Shown one piece after another: positions 15,567-24,982 of a stretch of 64,000 nucleotides of DNA (positions within the stretch are counted from its first letter, which is position 1; the number at the start of each line of letters is the position of its first letter). The stretch covers positions 5,352 to 69,351 of the forward strand of contig QZJG01000074.1 of assembly GCA_003599275.1 (NCBI GenBank). The letters are read 5' to 3'. The translations under genes were made by a program, and so were the position numbers. The notes under the pieces were generated by a model that did no database searches, had not been told where the DNA came from, and was given only the letters and a program-made list of their open reading frames with translations. This DNA comes from Nitrospiraceae bacterium. Lineage in GTDB: Bacteria > Nitrospirota > Thermodesulfovibrionia > UBA6902.

Positions 15567-15893
15567 TTACTTGAATGTATTCAGGATATATCCCGCAATC
15601 TCCTTTGCCTCTTTATCGGGGATGGTATTTTCATCGAACTTGTTCATGCCGGGCCCGGGCTCCCGCATAATCTTTACGATATCCTCCTCGGTCTTGATAT
15701 TGTTCGCATCAAGGTCTTTTTTGTGCAGCGGCTTTGCCGGATTAACGGTATTACCGCCCCCGGGATGGCATAACGCGCAATTCTTATTGAATGACTCCTC
15801 TGCCATTTTCATTGACTTCCGGTCCGAGCAGGAAATCGCGAGAAACAGAAATATGCTTACTGCCAAAACAATTGTCACGGAAATTTTTTTCAT
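15567..15893 (-). CDS. small class-I c-type cytochrome, probable lipoprotein
   Basis: The ATG at 15893 follows GGAGAGAAGGG. The signal peptide has a lipobox (LAISC). A single CALCH motif is followed by a PGGGN stretch. Confidence 0.85.
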   Translation of the reverse strand: MKKISVTIVLAVSIFLFLAISCSDRKSMKMAEESFNKNCALCHPGGGNTVNPAKPLHKKDLDANNIKTEEDIVKIMREPGPGMNKFDENTIPDKEAKEIAGYILNTFK

Positions 15894-15919
15894 CCCTTCT
15901 CTCCTTTCCTGTTGAAGGA

Positions 15920-16495
15920 TCAATGCCCTCGGTGATGTGTATGCAGTTTTCTGAGGATCTTCACAGTGCTTGCCTGCGGGCCCTTCTCCCCCTGCTCTTC
16001 CCTGAAGCGGACCTCGGTGCCTACCTTGAGCCTGTCGAAACCGTCAAGCACGCTGTTTTTGTGAAAATATATCTCCCTCGCGCCGGACTCTTCGATAAAT
16101 CCATAGCCCTCCTCCGGGAAGAGTTTCGTAATCACACCATGCGGAAGAAGGTCGTGGTCTTTCACGTCGCCGGACTGAACAAACGCGAACTCCTCAATCT
16201 GCCGGGCCGCGTCGTCAAAGGCATGGTGGACTGCAACCAGTATATCTTCGTGGCTGTGATGAAGGGGATGCTCACGGCTCACAATTATCTGCTTTTCAGG
16301 CACATTGACCATTATGGTAGTTCTGAAGAGATTGCCGGTGTGGTGGTGCTTATGTGGTCTTTCGACCACGACACGGCAACTGGTGATCCTTGGGTAATAG
16401 ACCTCAAGTTTATCAGCCCGTTTCCTGATCTCTTCTTCGAGGACCTCTTTATAGAGATCAACGTCGCGCAATACAATCTGGAGAGGTGTTTCCAT
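15920..16495 (-). CDS. HPF/RaiA-family ribosome-associated protein fused to a cold-shock (CSD) domain
   Basis: The N-terminal part is RaiA-like (PLQIVLRDVDL...ITSCRVVVE). The C-terminal part is CSD-like (GYGFIEESGAREIYFHKNSV...GPQAS). I prefer the ATG at 16495 over the TTG at 16501. Confidence 0.85.
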   Translation of the reverse strand: METPLQIVLRDVDLYKEVLEEEIRKRADKLEVYYPRITSCRVVVERPHKHHHTGNLFRTTIMVNVPEKQIIVSREHPLHHSHEDILVAVHHAFDDAARQIEEFAFVQSGDVKDHDLLPHGVITKLFPEEGYGFIEESGAREIYFHKNSVLDGFDRLKVGTEVRFREEQGEKGPQASTVKILRKLHTHHRGH

Positions 16496-16501
16496 AAGCA
16501 A

Positions 16502-16530
16502 ATGGTATCAATGAATCCCCTGCGTGTCAA
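16502..16530 (-). promoter_or_regulatory. sigma-70 promoter candidate abutting the HPF-CSD start codon
   Basis: On the minus strand: TTGACA (16530-16525), a 17-nt spacer, then TACCAT (16507-16502). The ATG begins 7 nt after the -10 element. Confidence 0.4.
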
Positions 16531-16564
16531 GAGTTGCCCTGATAATTAAAATACAAATAAAAGC

Positions 16565-16866
16565 AAAAAAATAGAGTCATCATCCGGCTCAAACTCCTTT
16601 GGACAACTCCGCCGTAAACACGTGCTGCTTTTAATCACAACACCTTTGGGCAGCGTAACCAATTTGCCTTCAGATGGCTCTATAGGTTGCCTTTTAATGC
16701 GACTCCCGGGAGATTAAACGCTTGAGCTGACTTCTAAGTGGGTGCTTCGGCAGATGCTTCAGGCGTCCTTCATGGAAGGCATGCTCACCACATCCGACTC
16801 CCGCTCCCTAAGCTTATTGGCTTGGTCCTCAGGTCTAACCACCAGGGTATCGCAAGCTCCTTGTCT
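16565..16866 (-). ncRNA. candidate ~300-nt structured noncoding RNA or long leader; family unassigned
   Basis: The stretch is bounded by a near-consensus promoter (16873-16900) and a U7 run (A-run 16565-16571 on the plus strand). No ORF with an RBS is present. Several local hairpins are visible, for example CCUUC-CAU-GAAGG and the palindrome CUCCCGGGAG. Confidence 0.35.
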
Positions 16867-16872
16867 ATCTTT

Positions 16873-16900
16873 ATTTTAGCTCGAATTTATAACTTGTCAA
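16873..16900 (-). promoter_or_regulatory. near-consensus sigma-70 promoter
   Basis: On the minus strand: TTGACA (16900-16895), a 16-nt spacer, then TAAAAT (16878-16873). Confidence 0.55.
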
Positions 16901-17015
16901 GCCCCTGTTGATAACAAGGTCGAAACACTGGAATGGACCGTGGTCCTCAAGTTTCCATGCAGCAATACGATAAGAATATCAGGAGAGGTTCTCTCCTGGA
17001 AAGGAGTTGAGATAC

Positions 17016-17594
17016 ATGCTGGAAAGACCTGATATGGATTCGGGGCACCCTTTAAGAAAACTGTTCAGGAGCGCGCTTGAATACGGGTTCCGGCTGAACC
17101 CTACCGACAAGGAAGGTGTTGCCGACTATATCGAAGAGCAGATACTCTGCGAATTTATTAATCTCGACAACCTGTACAGGATAAAAGACGCAGAGGGAAG
17201 AAGCCTTGAAGATATGGCCGACATGCTTTCCGAAGGAGACATACTCCTGAACGCGCAGAGCTTTGACAGGGAATTCCAGGTCCATAAGCATATAGGAGAT
17301 TACACCCTCTTCATGTTAGGAATGTTCCCCTCGGCCCTTTGCGGCAGAAAGGGGAAAGAGCTGCTGCTTGGCAGTATTGTCGTCCCGGGCGCGAGCCTTT
17401 CCGAACTATATATATTGCAGGGCCGGCACTCTTACCGGATCGCCTCGGAATTCACCAACAGGGAGCTGTTCATGGAGTTGTCAATGAACTTCCAGAAATA
17501 CAGGGCGGTCATCGAGATCGTGAAGACGTATATCGATGCTCTGAGAAACAGCGAGTTTCTTAAGGCAAAAAAGATAATCGGCGGGACAGGTTAG
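17016..17594 (+). CDS. hypothetical cytoplasmic protein
   Basis: A long ORF. The ATG at 17016 lies about 10 nt after AAAGGAG. I recognise no domain. Confidence 0.55.
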   Translation: MLERPDMDSGHPLRKLFRSALEYGFRLNPTDKEGVADYIEEQILCEFINLDNLYRIKDAEGRSLEDMADMLSEGDILLNAQSFDREFQVHKHIGDYTLFMLGMFPSALCGRKGKELLLGSIVVPGASLSELYILQGRHSYRIASEFTNRELFMELSMNFQKYRAVIEIVKTYIDALRNSEFLKAKKIIGGTG

Positions 17595-17604
17595 GATTCT
17601 GATA

Positions 17605-17850
17605 TTACTCCCTGTCCATCCACTCGGGATCGAACTCTTTTAAGACGACGTTCTTCACTCTCTTGAATTTGTCCTTGAAACCGGGTATCAATTCAGCGAG
17701 GGTCATCTTCAGGGATTCAATCTCTATCTTCAGGGAGTCCACCCCTTCCTCAATATCAAGCTTGCCTTTCTCCGCTTCATCTCCTAAAAGTTTGACTTCC
17801 CTCTCCAGCAGTCCCAGTCTCTCCTCAAGTTCCAATTCCTTCTTTAACAT
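17605..17850 (-). CDS. 81-aa coiled-coil protein, function unknown
   Basis: The sequence is heptad-rich and acidic/basic (ELELEERLGLLEREVKLLGDEAEKGKLDIEEG). Confidence 0.45.
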   Translation of the reverse strand: MLKKELELEERLGLLEREVKLLGDEAEKGKLDIEEGVDSLKIEIESLKMTLAELIPGFKDKFKRVKNVVLKEFDPEWMDRE

Positions 17851-17996
17851 AAACTGTCACCTCCTCCACGGCCTTACTGTCTATTATCAAATCCCGCTCG
17901 GGATTGCAAATGATAAACGCAGGATTAAGTCTTTGGAGCGGATGCGGCACATTTGACATCAATGCAGTTTGTAGTAGTATTTGATTAGGGGCAATT

Positions 17997-19694
17997 ATGG
18001 TAGACGACCACGGGAACAAAGAGCATTTATTGCAGAATATGGAAGAAATGCGCCGGCAGCTCCTGGAAGTCGAAACATGTGAAATCGAATTCCAAAAGAT
18101 ACAGAAGAAGTATGAGAAGCTCCTCGACTCGGCCCCTGACGCCATGATTTTTGTAAACAGGGACCGCGAAATTGTTACGGTCAATGCGCAGTTCGAAACA
18201 ATGTTCGGATACGGCCAGGGTGAAATAATCGGCAGGGACCTTCATATACTGGTCCCGGAACGTTTCAGGGACAAACACCGCAATCACGTTGAAGATTTTT
18301 TTTCCAGTCCCAGGGTGCGTCAGATGGGCGCGGACTTTGAGCTGTATGCCCTGAAAAAAGACGGGACGGAATTCCCCGTCGATATCAGCCTCAGTTATTT
18401 GCAGATTGAAGGAGAGCTGATCGCCACCGCAGCCATCAGGGACATTACAAAACGCAAACAGATCGAGGAACAGGTCGAGACGAATTACCACGTCCAGAAA
18501 GTCATGAATTCCATGCTGAGGATATCGCTGGAACCGTTGTCGCTCGACGACCAGTTCGGCCGCATACTGGAGCTGATACTCACGGTCCCGCATCTCGCGA
18601 TGCAATCCAAAGGGGCCATTTACGTAGTGGAAGAAGACAAGCCGGCCCTCCTCGTAATGAAGGCCCACAGGGGATTTTCAGGGGAGGAAATTTTACCATG
18701 TGCGACGGTCCCTTTCGGCAAGTGCCTCTGCGGCGAGGCAGCGGCAGTCGCCGCATTGATCTACTCCGATCAGATTGACGACCGTCACGTGGTCCACTTT
18801 GAAGGGATGTTCCCTCACGGCCATTACTGCGTCCCGATCGTTTCCGGAGACAGACGCACCCTGGGATTGATCAACATATTTGTAAAAGAGGGACATAAAA
18901 GGATCAACGGCGAAGAGGAATTTCTTACCGCCGTGGCGACTACTCTTGCCGGCGTAATTGAGCACAACCGGACGGAACAGGAAAAAAGGCAGCTCCAGGA
19001 GCAGCTCCTGCAGGCTGAGAAACTCGCGGCCCTCGGGAGGTTTTCAGCAAACGTAGCACACGAAATACGGAATCCGCTGACCGCAGTCGGGGGGTTTGCA
19101 AGGAGACTGGACAAAAAGGTCCAGGAAGGGACAAAGGAAAAAGATTACGTAAGCTTCATAATATCCGAGGTCAGCAGGCTGGAAGTCATCCTGAGGAATG
19201 TGCTTACTTACTCAAAGGAGGTCAAGCCGCAGCTTGAGGAATTCGATATCCGTGACATCCTTGACAGGGTGCTGAGTTTAAATGAGGAGGCTTGCCGGGA
19301 GAGGGACATTTCAATAAATAAATCATACGGCGATGCGCCCCGGGTCCTCATTGATAAAGAACAGGTGCTTGAGGCGGTCGAAAACCTTATCCTGAACGCG
19401 ATAGATTCCATGCCTCGGGGCGGCACGCTCACTGCCGCAACGGACGTGGAGACGCACGAGGACAGGCCTTATGTGTGCGTAAGGATAAGCGACACCGGCA
19501 TCGGAATCCCGGAAGACAGATTAAATCTTATCTTTGAGCCTTTTTATACTACAAAGGTGCTTGAGAATGGCACGGGACTGGGTCTCTCCATATCCAAGAA
19601 AGTAGTCGAGTCTCTCGGAGGTTTCGTAAAGGTAGAGAGCGCCGTTGATAAAGGCTCCACCTTTACGCTCTGTTTCGTCTTGAGACCGGAATAA
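17997..19694 (+). CDS. cytoplasmic PAS-GAF sensor histidine kinase
   Basis: A PAS domain (DAMIFVNRDREIVTVNAQFETMFGY), a GAF-like middle region, an H-box (HEIRNPLTAV) and an HATPase domain (GTGLGLSISKKVVE). Confidence 0.9.
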   Translation: MVDDHGNKEHLLQNMEEMRRQLLEVETCEIEFQKIQKKYEKLLDSAPDAMIFVNRDREIVTVNAQFETMFGYGQGEIIGRDLHILVPERFRDKHRNHVEDFFSSPRVRQMGADFELYALKKDGTEFPVDISLSYLQIEGELIATAAIRDITKRKQIEEQVETNYHVQKVMNSMLRISLEPLSLDDQFGRILELILTVPHLAMQSKGAIYVVEEDKPALLVMKAHRGFSGEEILPCATVPFGKCLCGEAAAVAALIYSDQIDDRHVVHFEGMFPHGHYCVPIVSGDRRTLGLINIFVKEGHKRINGEEEFLTAVATTLAGVIEHNRTEQEKRQLQEQLLQAEKLAALGRFSANVAHEIRNPLTAVGGFARRLDKKVQEGTKEKDYVSFIISEVSRLEVILRNVLTYSKEVKPQLEEFDIRDILDRVLSLNEEACRERDISINKSYGDAPRVLIDKEQVLEAVENLILNAIDSMPRGGTLTAATDVETHEDRPYVCVRISDTGIGIPEDRLNLIFEPFYTTKVLENGTGLGLSISKKVVESLGGFVKVESAVDKGSTFTLCFVLRPE

Positions 19695-19737
19695 GGACCT
19701 TGAAGGCAAACGCAGGGTGTGCTCAAGGTCCTTTTGA
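19695..19737 (+). terminator. rho-independent terminator
   Basis: GGACCTTGA-N19-TCAAGGTCC is followed by TTTTGAG, directly after the kinase stop codon. Confidence 0.65.
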
Positions 19738-19775
19738 GAATGGATTGAATTCCGGGAGGACGACCGGAATTCACG

Positions 19776-21791
19776 TTACTCGAGTTTTGACATGAAGTTG
19801 TCGTATAATTTTTTCACGTAAGCCTTCTCCTCATCCGGCCCCATCTCAACGAACCTGTCAATCTTACTGCTCGTCTCCTCCGGTATCTCATCTAAAAATC
19901 TTGAAGGGACTGAAGGCGTTTCCTTTCCGTACTTTGTTCTGTGGTCAGTGTATGTAATGTAAAGCTCGTTCATCGCCCTTGTTATTCCGACGTAGAAGAG
20001 CCGTCTTTCTTCCTCGATACCTTCATCACTGTAAGCGGATTTTTTGTGCGGGAGGATGTCCTCCTCTGTGCCCGCTATGAATACCACGGGGAATTCCAGG
20101 CCCTTTGATGAGTGAAAGGAAATGAGGGTCACGCCGTGCCCGCCTTTTTCCTCCTTCTCTTCGATCATGTCCGTGAGCGCCATTGTCTCAAGGAAACCGT
20201 GAATTGAAGGCGAAGCGTCAGTTGACTCGTAATGGGTTATGGACTGGACGAACCCGTCGAGGTTCTCTATCCGGCCGTATGCAGCATCGGGGGTCTTATA
20301 GAGTTCGATTAAATAATCCTTGTAACTGATCTCTTCAATGAGCGCATTGAGCGTCATGCCCATGTCCCTGCCCTTCATGAACAAGTCGCGGTAACGGCTT
20401 ATGAGCTTGAAAAAGTCTTCAGCAGATGCGGCAGCCTTTGGGCTCAATGCGGTAATCCCGCCTGCCTTGCCAAAGGCTTCGAGAAGCCCCGTTGAATCAG
20501 AGCGGGCAAAATCCGAAAGCTTGCTGATGGCCGAAGGACCGAGTCCTCTCTTCGGCACATTTGCCGCTCTTAAAAGACTCATGTCGTCGGAAGGATTTGC
20601 AATGATCTTGAGATACGCTGCGAGGTCTTTGATCTCAGTGCGCTCGAAATAGCTTGTCCCGCCCACAACAGAATAGGGGATCCTCTTGCTTCTAAGCGCC
20701 TCTTCAAAGGGCCTTGAAAATGTATTCGCCCTGTAGATGACCGCCATACTCTCGTATGGAATGCTCTTCCCGTCTTTCATCATCGAGATCCTGTCGGCAA
20801 CCCACTCCGCCTCGTCTTCGGTATCGACGGCCCTGAATATGTTGACCTTTGTGCCGTCACCCCTTTCCGTCCAGAGGGATTTTTCCATCCTCCTCGTGTT
20901 GTTTTTTATCACGCCGTTTGCAGCCTTGAGTATATGGCTGAAGGACCGGTAGTTCTGTTCAAGCCTCACAGTCACAGTGCCGGGGAAGTCTTTTTCAAAA
21001 TCGAGGATATTCCCGATGTCCGCGCCCCTCCATCCGTAAATGGACTGGTCGTCGTCGCCGACAACGCAGAGGTCCTTCCTCTCTCCGGCCAAAAGTTTGA
21101 TGAAATTATACTGGACGCGGTTCGTGTCCTGATACTCGTCTACCATTAAATATCTGAAACGCTCCCTGTATTTTTCGAGTACGACGGGATGCTCCCTGAA
21201 AAGTTTCAGCGTAAGCAGGAGGAGGTCATCGAAGTCGAGGGCATTCATGGACTTCAGCGCCTCGCAGTATCGCGGATGAATTATCTCCGAGGCCTCTTCC
21301 ACAGGGTCACCGGGAGCAGGGGACTCAGTCGATGTAAAATCATTCTTCGCCCTGCTTATCCTTTCGAGTATGGACTCCGCCTTGAAACTCTTATCGTAGA
21401 ACCTGATTTCCGACATGATGTTCCTCAGGAGTGAAACCTGGTCCGATGTGTCGTAGATAGTGAAGTCCTTTCTGTAACCGATGTGCTCTATCTCGCGTCT
21501 CAAAATCCTGAGGCAGAGGGAATGAAATGTAGAGATGACCGGCGAGCCGTTCCCGCCCTTTACCATGGTCTTTACCCTTTCCTTCATCTCCCTCGCGGCC
21601 TTGTTTGTAAAAGTGACTGCCAGGACAGACCCTGCCGGGACGCCTGTGTGTATGAGGTAAGCTGTCCTCATTGTTATCACCCTCGTCTTGCCCGAACCTG
21701 CCCCGGCGAGGATGAGGAGCGGGCCGTCAGTGTGCAGTACAGCTTCCTTTTGCCTTGGATTAAGGCGCGCTATTTCTCTGTAGATGTCCAT
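19776..21791 (-). CDS. UvrD/PcrA/Rep-family superfamily-1 DNA helicase
   Basis: Walker A AGAGSGKTRV, the DEYQDT motif, and typical helicase motifs III-VI. Confidence 0.95.
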   Translation of the reverse strand: MDIYREIARLNPRQKEAVLHTDGPLLILAGAGSGKTRVITMRTAYLIHTGVPAGSVLAVTFTNKAAREMKERVKTMVKGGNGSPVISTFHSLCLRILRREIEHIGYRKDFTIYDTSDQVSLLRNIMSEIRFYDKSFKAESILERISRAKNDFTSTESPAPGDPVEEASEIIHPRYCEALKSMNALDFDDLLLLTLKLFREHPVVLEKYRERFRYLMVDEYQDTNRVQYNFIKLLAGERKDLCVVGDDDQSIYGWRGADIGNILDFEKDFPGTVTVRLEQNYRSFSHILKAANGVIKNNTRRMEKSLWTERGDGTKVNIFRAVDTEDEAEWVADRISMMKDGKSIPYESMAVIYRANTFSRPFEEALRSKRIPYSVVGGTSYFERTEIKDLAAYLKIIANPSDDMSLLRAANVPKRGLGPSAISKLSDFARSDSTGLLEAFGKAGGITALSPKAAASAEDFFKLISRYRDLFMKGRDMGMTLNALIEEISYKDYLIELYKTPDAAYGRIENLDGFVQSITHYESTDASPSIHGFLETMALTDMIEEKEEKGGHGVTLISFHSSKGLEFPVVFIAGTEEDILPHKKSAYSDEGIEEERRLFYVGITRAMNELYITYTDHRTKYGKETPSVPSRFLDEIPEETSSKIDRFVEMGPDEEKAYVKKLYDNFMSKLE

Positions 21792-21803
21792 GTGTGTGCC
21801 CGG

Positions 21804-22904
21804 TTATACGTTAAAAAGAAAATGCATCACATCGCCGTTAGAGACGACATACTCCTTGCCTTCCGTGCGAAGTTTGCCTGCAATGCGCGCCCCGGCTTCT
21901 CCCTCATGCTCAATAAAACTGTCATACCCTATGACCTCGGCCCGGATAAAACCGCGTTCGAAATCATCGTGAATTACTGCGGCGGCCTTCGGCGCCTTCC
22001 ATCCGCGCTCGATGGTCCAGGCACGGACCTCTTTGACACCGGCGGTAAAATAACTGATCAGACCGAGTGCGTGATAACCGTGGTTAATTATCTGGTCGAG
22101 CCCGCCTTCAGATACGCCGAGGGCTTCGAGAAATTCATTGCGCTCTTCATCGCTCATCCCGGACATTTCCTCCTCGATCTTTGCGCAGATCTTCACCGAA
22201 TGTGAATTCTGTTCTGCCGCAAACTTATGGACAGCCTTAACATGTTCGTTGTCCTCACCAAGGCCTTCTTCATCGACATTGGCCGCGTATATCACCGGCT
22301 TCATAGAGATGAGGCGTATTTCTCTGATCAGCTCCATGAAAGCATCTGAGTCGCGTTCATTAAAACTGCTTGCAGGCTTGCCGGTGTTGAGATGATCGAG
22401 CGCCCTCCTTGCCATGTCGAGCAGCGGCTGAATTTTTTTATCTCCCCTTGCCTGTTTATCAAGGCGTGATATCCTGTTTTCAAGTGTCTGAATATCGGCG
22501 AGTACCAGTTCTGTGTTGATAACTTCAATATCGCGCAGCGGACCAACGCTGCCGTCAACGTGAATTATCGATTCGCTTTCAAAGCATCGAACAACATGCA
22601 CGATCGCCGACGTTTCCCTTATATGCGAAAGGAACTGGTTGCCGAGTCCTTCGCCTTTTGAAGCCCCCCTCACAAGACCCGCAATGTCGGTAAACTCCAC
22701 AATCGCGTTCTGTATCCTTTGAGGATTTACGATGTCCGACAGCCGGTCCAGGCGCTTGTCCGGAACAGCAACTATCGCCTTATTGGGTTCTATGGTGCAA
22801 AACGGGTAATTTGCAGCCGCGGCATTCTGGGCCTTGGTGAGCGCATTGAACAGTGTCGATTTCCCCACATTCGGAAGGCCGACGATTCCTATACTTAAAG
22901 CCAT
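21804..22904 (-). CDS. ychF: redox-regulated ATPase YchF
   Basis: MALSIGIVGLPNVGKSTLFNALT with an AAGGAG RBS, and a C-terminal TGS-like domain. The ORF-track start at 22919 actually covers the RBS. Confidence 0.95.
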   Translation of the reverse strand: MALSIGIVGLPNVGKSTLFNALTKAQNAAAANYPFCTIEPNKAIVAVPDKRLDRLSDIVNPQRIQNAIVEFTDIAGLVRGASKGEGLGNQFLSHIRETSAIVHVVRCFESESIIHVDGSVGPLRDIEVINTELVLADIQTLENRISRLDKQARGDKKIQPLLDMARRALDHLNTGKPASSFNERDSDAFMELIREIRLISMKPVIYAANVDEEGLGEDNEHVKAVHKFAAEQNSHSVKICAKIEEEMSGMSDEERNEFLEALGVSEGGLDQIINHGYHALGLISYFTAGVKEVRAWTIERGWKAPKAAAVIHDDFERGFIRAEVIGYDSFIEHEGEAGARIAGKLRTEGKEYVVSNGDVMHFLFNV

Positions 22905-23110
22905 GATGATCTCCTTCAATAATTTATTTAATTCAAGTTATTGCTGCATGAAATATGGGAAGAAGGTAATGTTAAAGCGAGGCATCAAAAAGGGGTTTGG
23001 TGTACCCTTGATTTCAAAGCATGCTGTTTACTACTTCCTGTATTTTCCCATCAATCCGATAAAGACGACTTACAGTTTACTACAAAGCTGCTGAATATTT
23101 CTAATCCTCT

Positions 23111-23200
23111 GTAAGGACGAACGGTCGTTCGCCCTTACGTGCTTCCGGATTCCCGCTCAAAAGATTGCCAACAGTAGGTGCTTTAGGCACGGGGATGACA
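23111..23200. repeat. two REP-like units downstream of the FAD gene: GTAAGGACGAACGGTCGTTCGCCCTTAC and GGATTCCCG...CGGGGATGACA
   Basis: Read directly. The first unit spans 23111-23138 and the second 23147-23200. Confidence 0.55.
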
Positions 23201-23225
23201 ACTTAAAACAAACCCTACGTACCCT

Positions 23226-24746
23226 TCATCCAAGACAGCTCTCCACAGCCTTTATGGCATCGGCTGCCGAGCTCGTTATACCGCCTGCATATCCCGAACC
23301 TTCACCTATCGGGTACAGGTTTTTTATATTTACGGACTCGTATTTTTCGCTGCGTTTAATTCTTACCGGACAGGACGTCCTTGTTTCCGCGCCTAACAAT
23401 ATCGCGTGATCTGAAACAAATAATGGGTAATACTCTTTCCATTCATTAAATGCTGACAAAAGTGCGCCGCCAATAAATGCCGGGAAGATCTCTTTCATAT
23501 CCGCGGTCTCAGCCCCCATCCTGTAAGAATTTTTATTCAAGTCGGCAGTGACTCTCCCGTGCAGAAAATCCATCAGGTTCTGAGCAGGGGCCCTCCATCT
23601 TCCGCCTCCGGCATTAAATGCCTTGCGCTCTATTTCCTTTTGGAACTCAATGCCGGCCAATGGGTCCGTTGCTCCATAATCATCCGTATGACAGGTCACA
23701 ACGATTGCTGAATTGGAGAATGCCGAGGCCCTGCCCGAGTAGCTCATACCGTTTACAACCAGCAGGCCCTCTTCAGATGAAGCATTTATTACCTCACCCC
23801 CGGGGCACATGCAGAAGGAATAGACCCCACGCCCTATTTTTCGATTGGTGTATGTGAAAGAATAATTGGCGGCCCCTATGCCGGGGAAGTCCTTATATTT
23901 ATCTCCATATCTTATGAGATTAATGATCTCAGCGGGATGCTCTATTCTCACGCCTATGAAGATCGGCTTCTGCTCAATGGCAATGCCTTTATCGCGGAGC
24001 ATTTGAAATGTATCACGCGCGGAATGTCCCGGCGCAAGAAAGATAATTGAAGAACGATATTCCATATTCCCGTTTATCACGAAGCCTATGGCGCTGTCGT
24101 CTGAAATAAGCAGGTCCGTCATTTTTGAGTTGTAATGTATCTCGCCGCCTCTATCGAGGATATAGCTCCTCATGTTTTTTACTATCCTGCACAACACATC
24201 TGTCCCTAAATGGGGTTTACTGATGTACCTTATTTCTTCAGGCGCGCCGAATTTAATGAAAGTATCCAGCACCCTGTCCGCATATCGCGAATTCTTTGGC
24301 CTGGAAAACAGCTTCCCGTCCGAATATGAACCGGCCCCGCCTTCGCCGAACTGGATATTTGACTCAGGGTCCAGTTCTCTTTCTTTAATAAATCGTTGAA
24401 CATCGATGGAGCGCTCTTCTATTTTTTTGCCTCTTTCAAATATCAGAGGTTTAATCCCGTGATCAATAAGCTCAAGGGCTGCGAACATACCCGCAGGACC
24501 AAAGCCTATTATGATGGGCCTCTCCATGATGTTCGCTGGTTTATTGTTCGGTTTTATTTTTTCCGCGTAGGCCGGAAAGTGCTCGCTGTTTTCGAAGCTG
24601 TCAGGAACGCTTACCGCTATTGAGATGTCGTAGTAGAACTGTTCTTTACTGCCCGCGTCAAGTGACTTGCTCAGGATTTTAGTGAATTGAATATCGTCTT
24701 CGCTGATGTTCAGCTTTTGCGAAGCGGCCCTTACATATTCATCCAC
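23226..24746 (-). CDS. FAD-dependent oxidoreductase (COG2509-type NAD(FAD)-utilising dehydrogenase)
   Basis: A dinucleotide fold (IIIGFGPAGMFAALEL) after a ~75-aa N-terminal domain. The length and C-terminal region are typical of this family. Confidence 0.8.
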   Translation of the reverse strand: MDEYVRAASQKLNISEDDIQFTKILSKSLDAGSKEQFYYDISIAVSVPDSFENSEHFPAYAEKIKPNNKPANIMERPIIIGFGPAGMFAALELIDHGIKPLIFERGKKIEERSIDVQRFIKERELDPESNIQFGEGGAGSYSDGKLFSRPKNSRYADRVLDTFIKFGAPEEIRYISKPHLGTDVLCRIVKNMRSYILDRGGEIHYNSKMTDLLISDDSAIGFVINGNMEYRSSIIFLAPGHSARDTFQMLRDKGIAIEQKPIFIGVRIEHPAEIINLIRYGDKYKDFPGIGAANYSFTYTNRKIGRGVYSFCMCPGGEVINASSEEGLLVVNGMSYSGRASAFSNSAIVVTCHTDDYGATDPLAGIEFQKEIERKAFNAGGGRWRAPAQNLMDFLHGRVTADLNKNSYRMGAETADMKEIFPAFIGGALLSAFNEWKEYYPLFVSDHAILLGAETRTSCPVRIKRSEKYESVNIKNLYPIGEGSGYAGGITSSAADAIKAVESCLG

Positions 24747-24834
24747 CCCGTCCTTTTCAACCGGTAGCCGCAGATTGCTTATTATCAGGTCCAGAAGTCG
24801 CCTCCAACTTTTTTGTTACTCCGGCAATTAAATC

Positions 24835-24858
24835 GTCATTCCCGCTTGTCGGGAATCC
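24835..24858. repeat. REP-like hairpin GTCATTCCCG-cttgt-CGGGAATCC
   Basis: Read directly. A second hairpin, GCCGG..CCGGC, follows at 24873-24906. Confidence 0.6.
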
Positions 24859-24982
24859 TTGCTAAAGAAAGATGCCGGACAAGTTCGGTACGAATCTCTG
24901 ACCGGCATGACTCCGGGTTGTTAATTGCCGTAATAATTGATATACAGTGACATAATTATTGCATTAAATGGTGGTTTAATGT

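Noticed and set aside
15791-16549. 252-aa ORF on the plus strand.
   Set aside because: It is antisense to the well-supported cytochrome c and HPF-CSD genes and is a shadow frame with no RBS or domain.
22934-23094. Possible small ORFs in the 320-bp ychF-FAD intergenic region, including a 41-aa MLKRGIKKGFGVPL... frame.
   Set aside because: The RBS is weak and badly spaced, and I cannot assess conservation.
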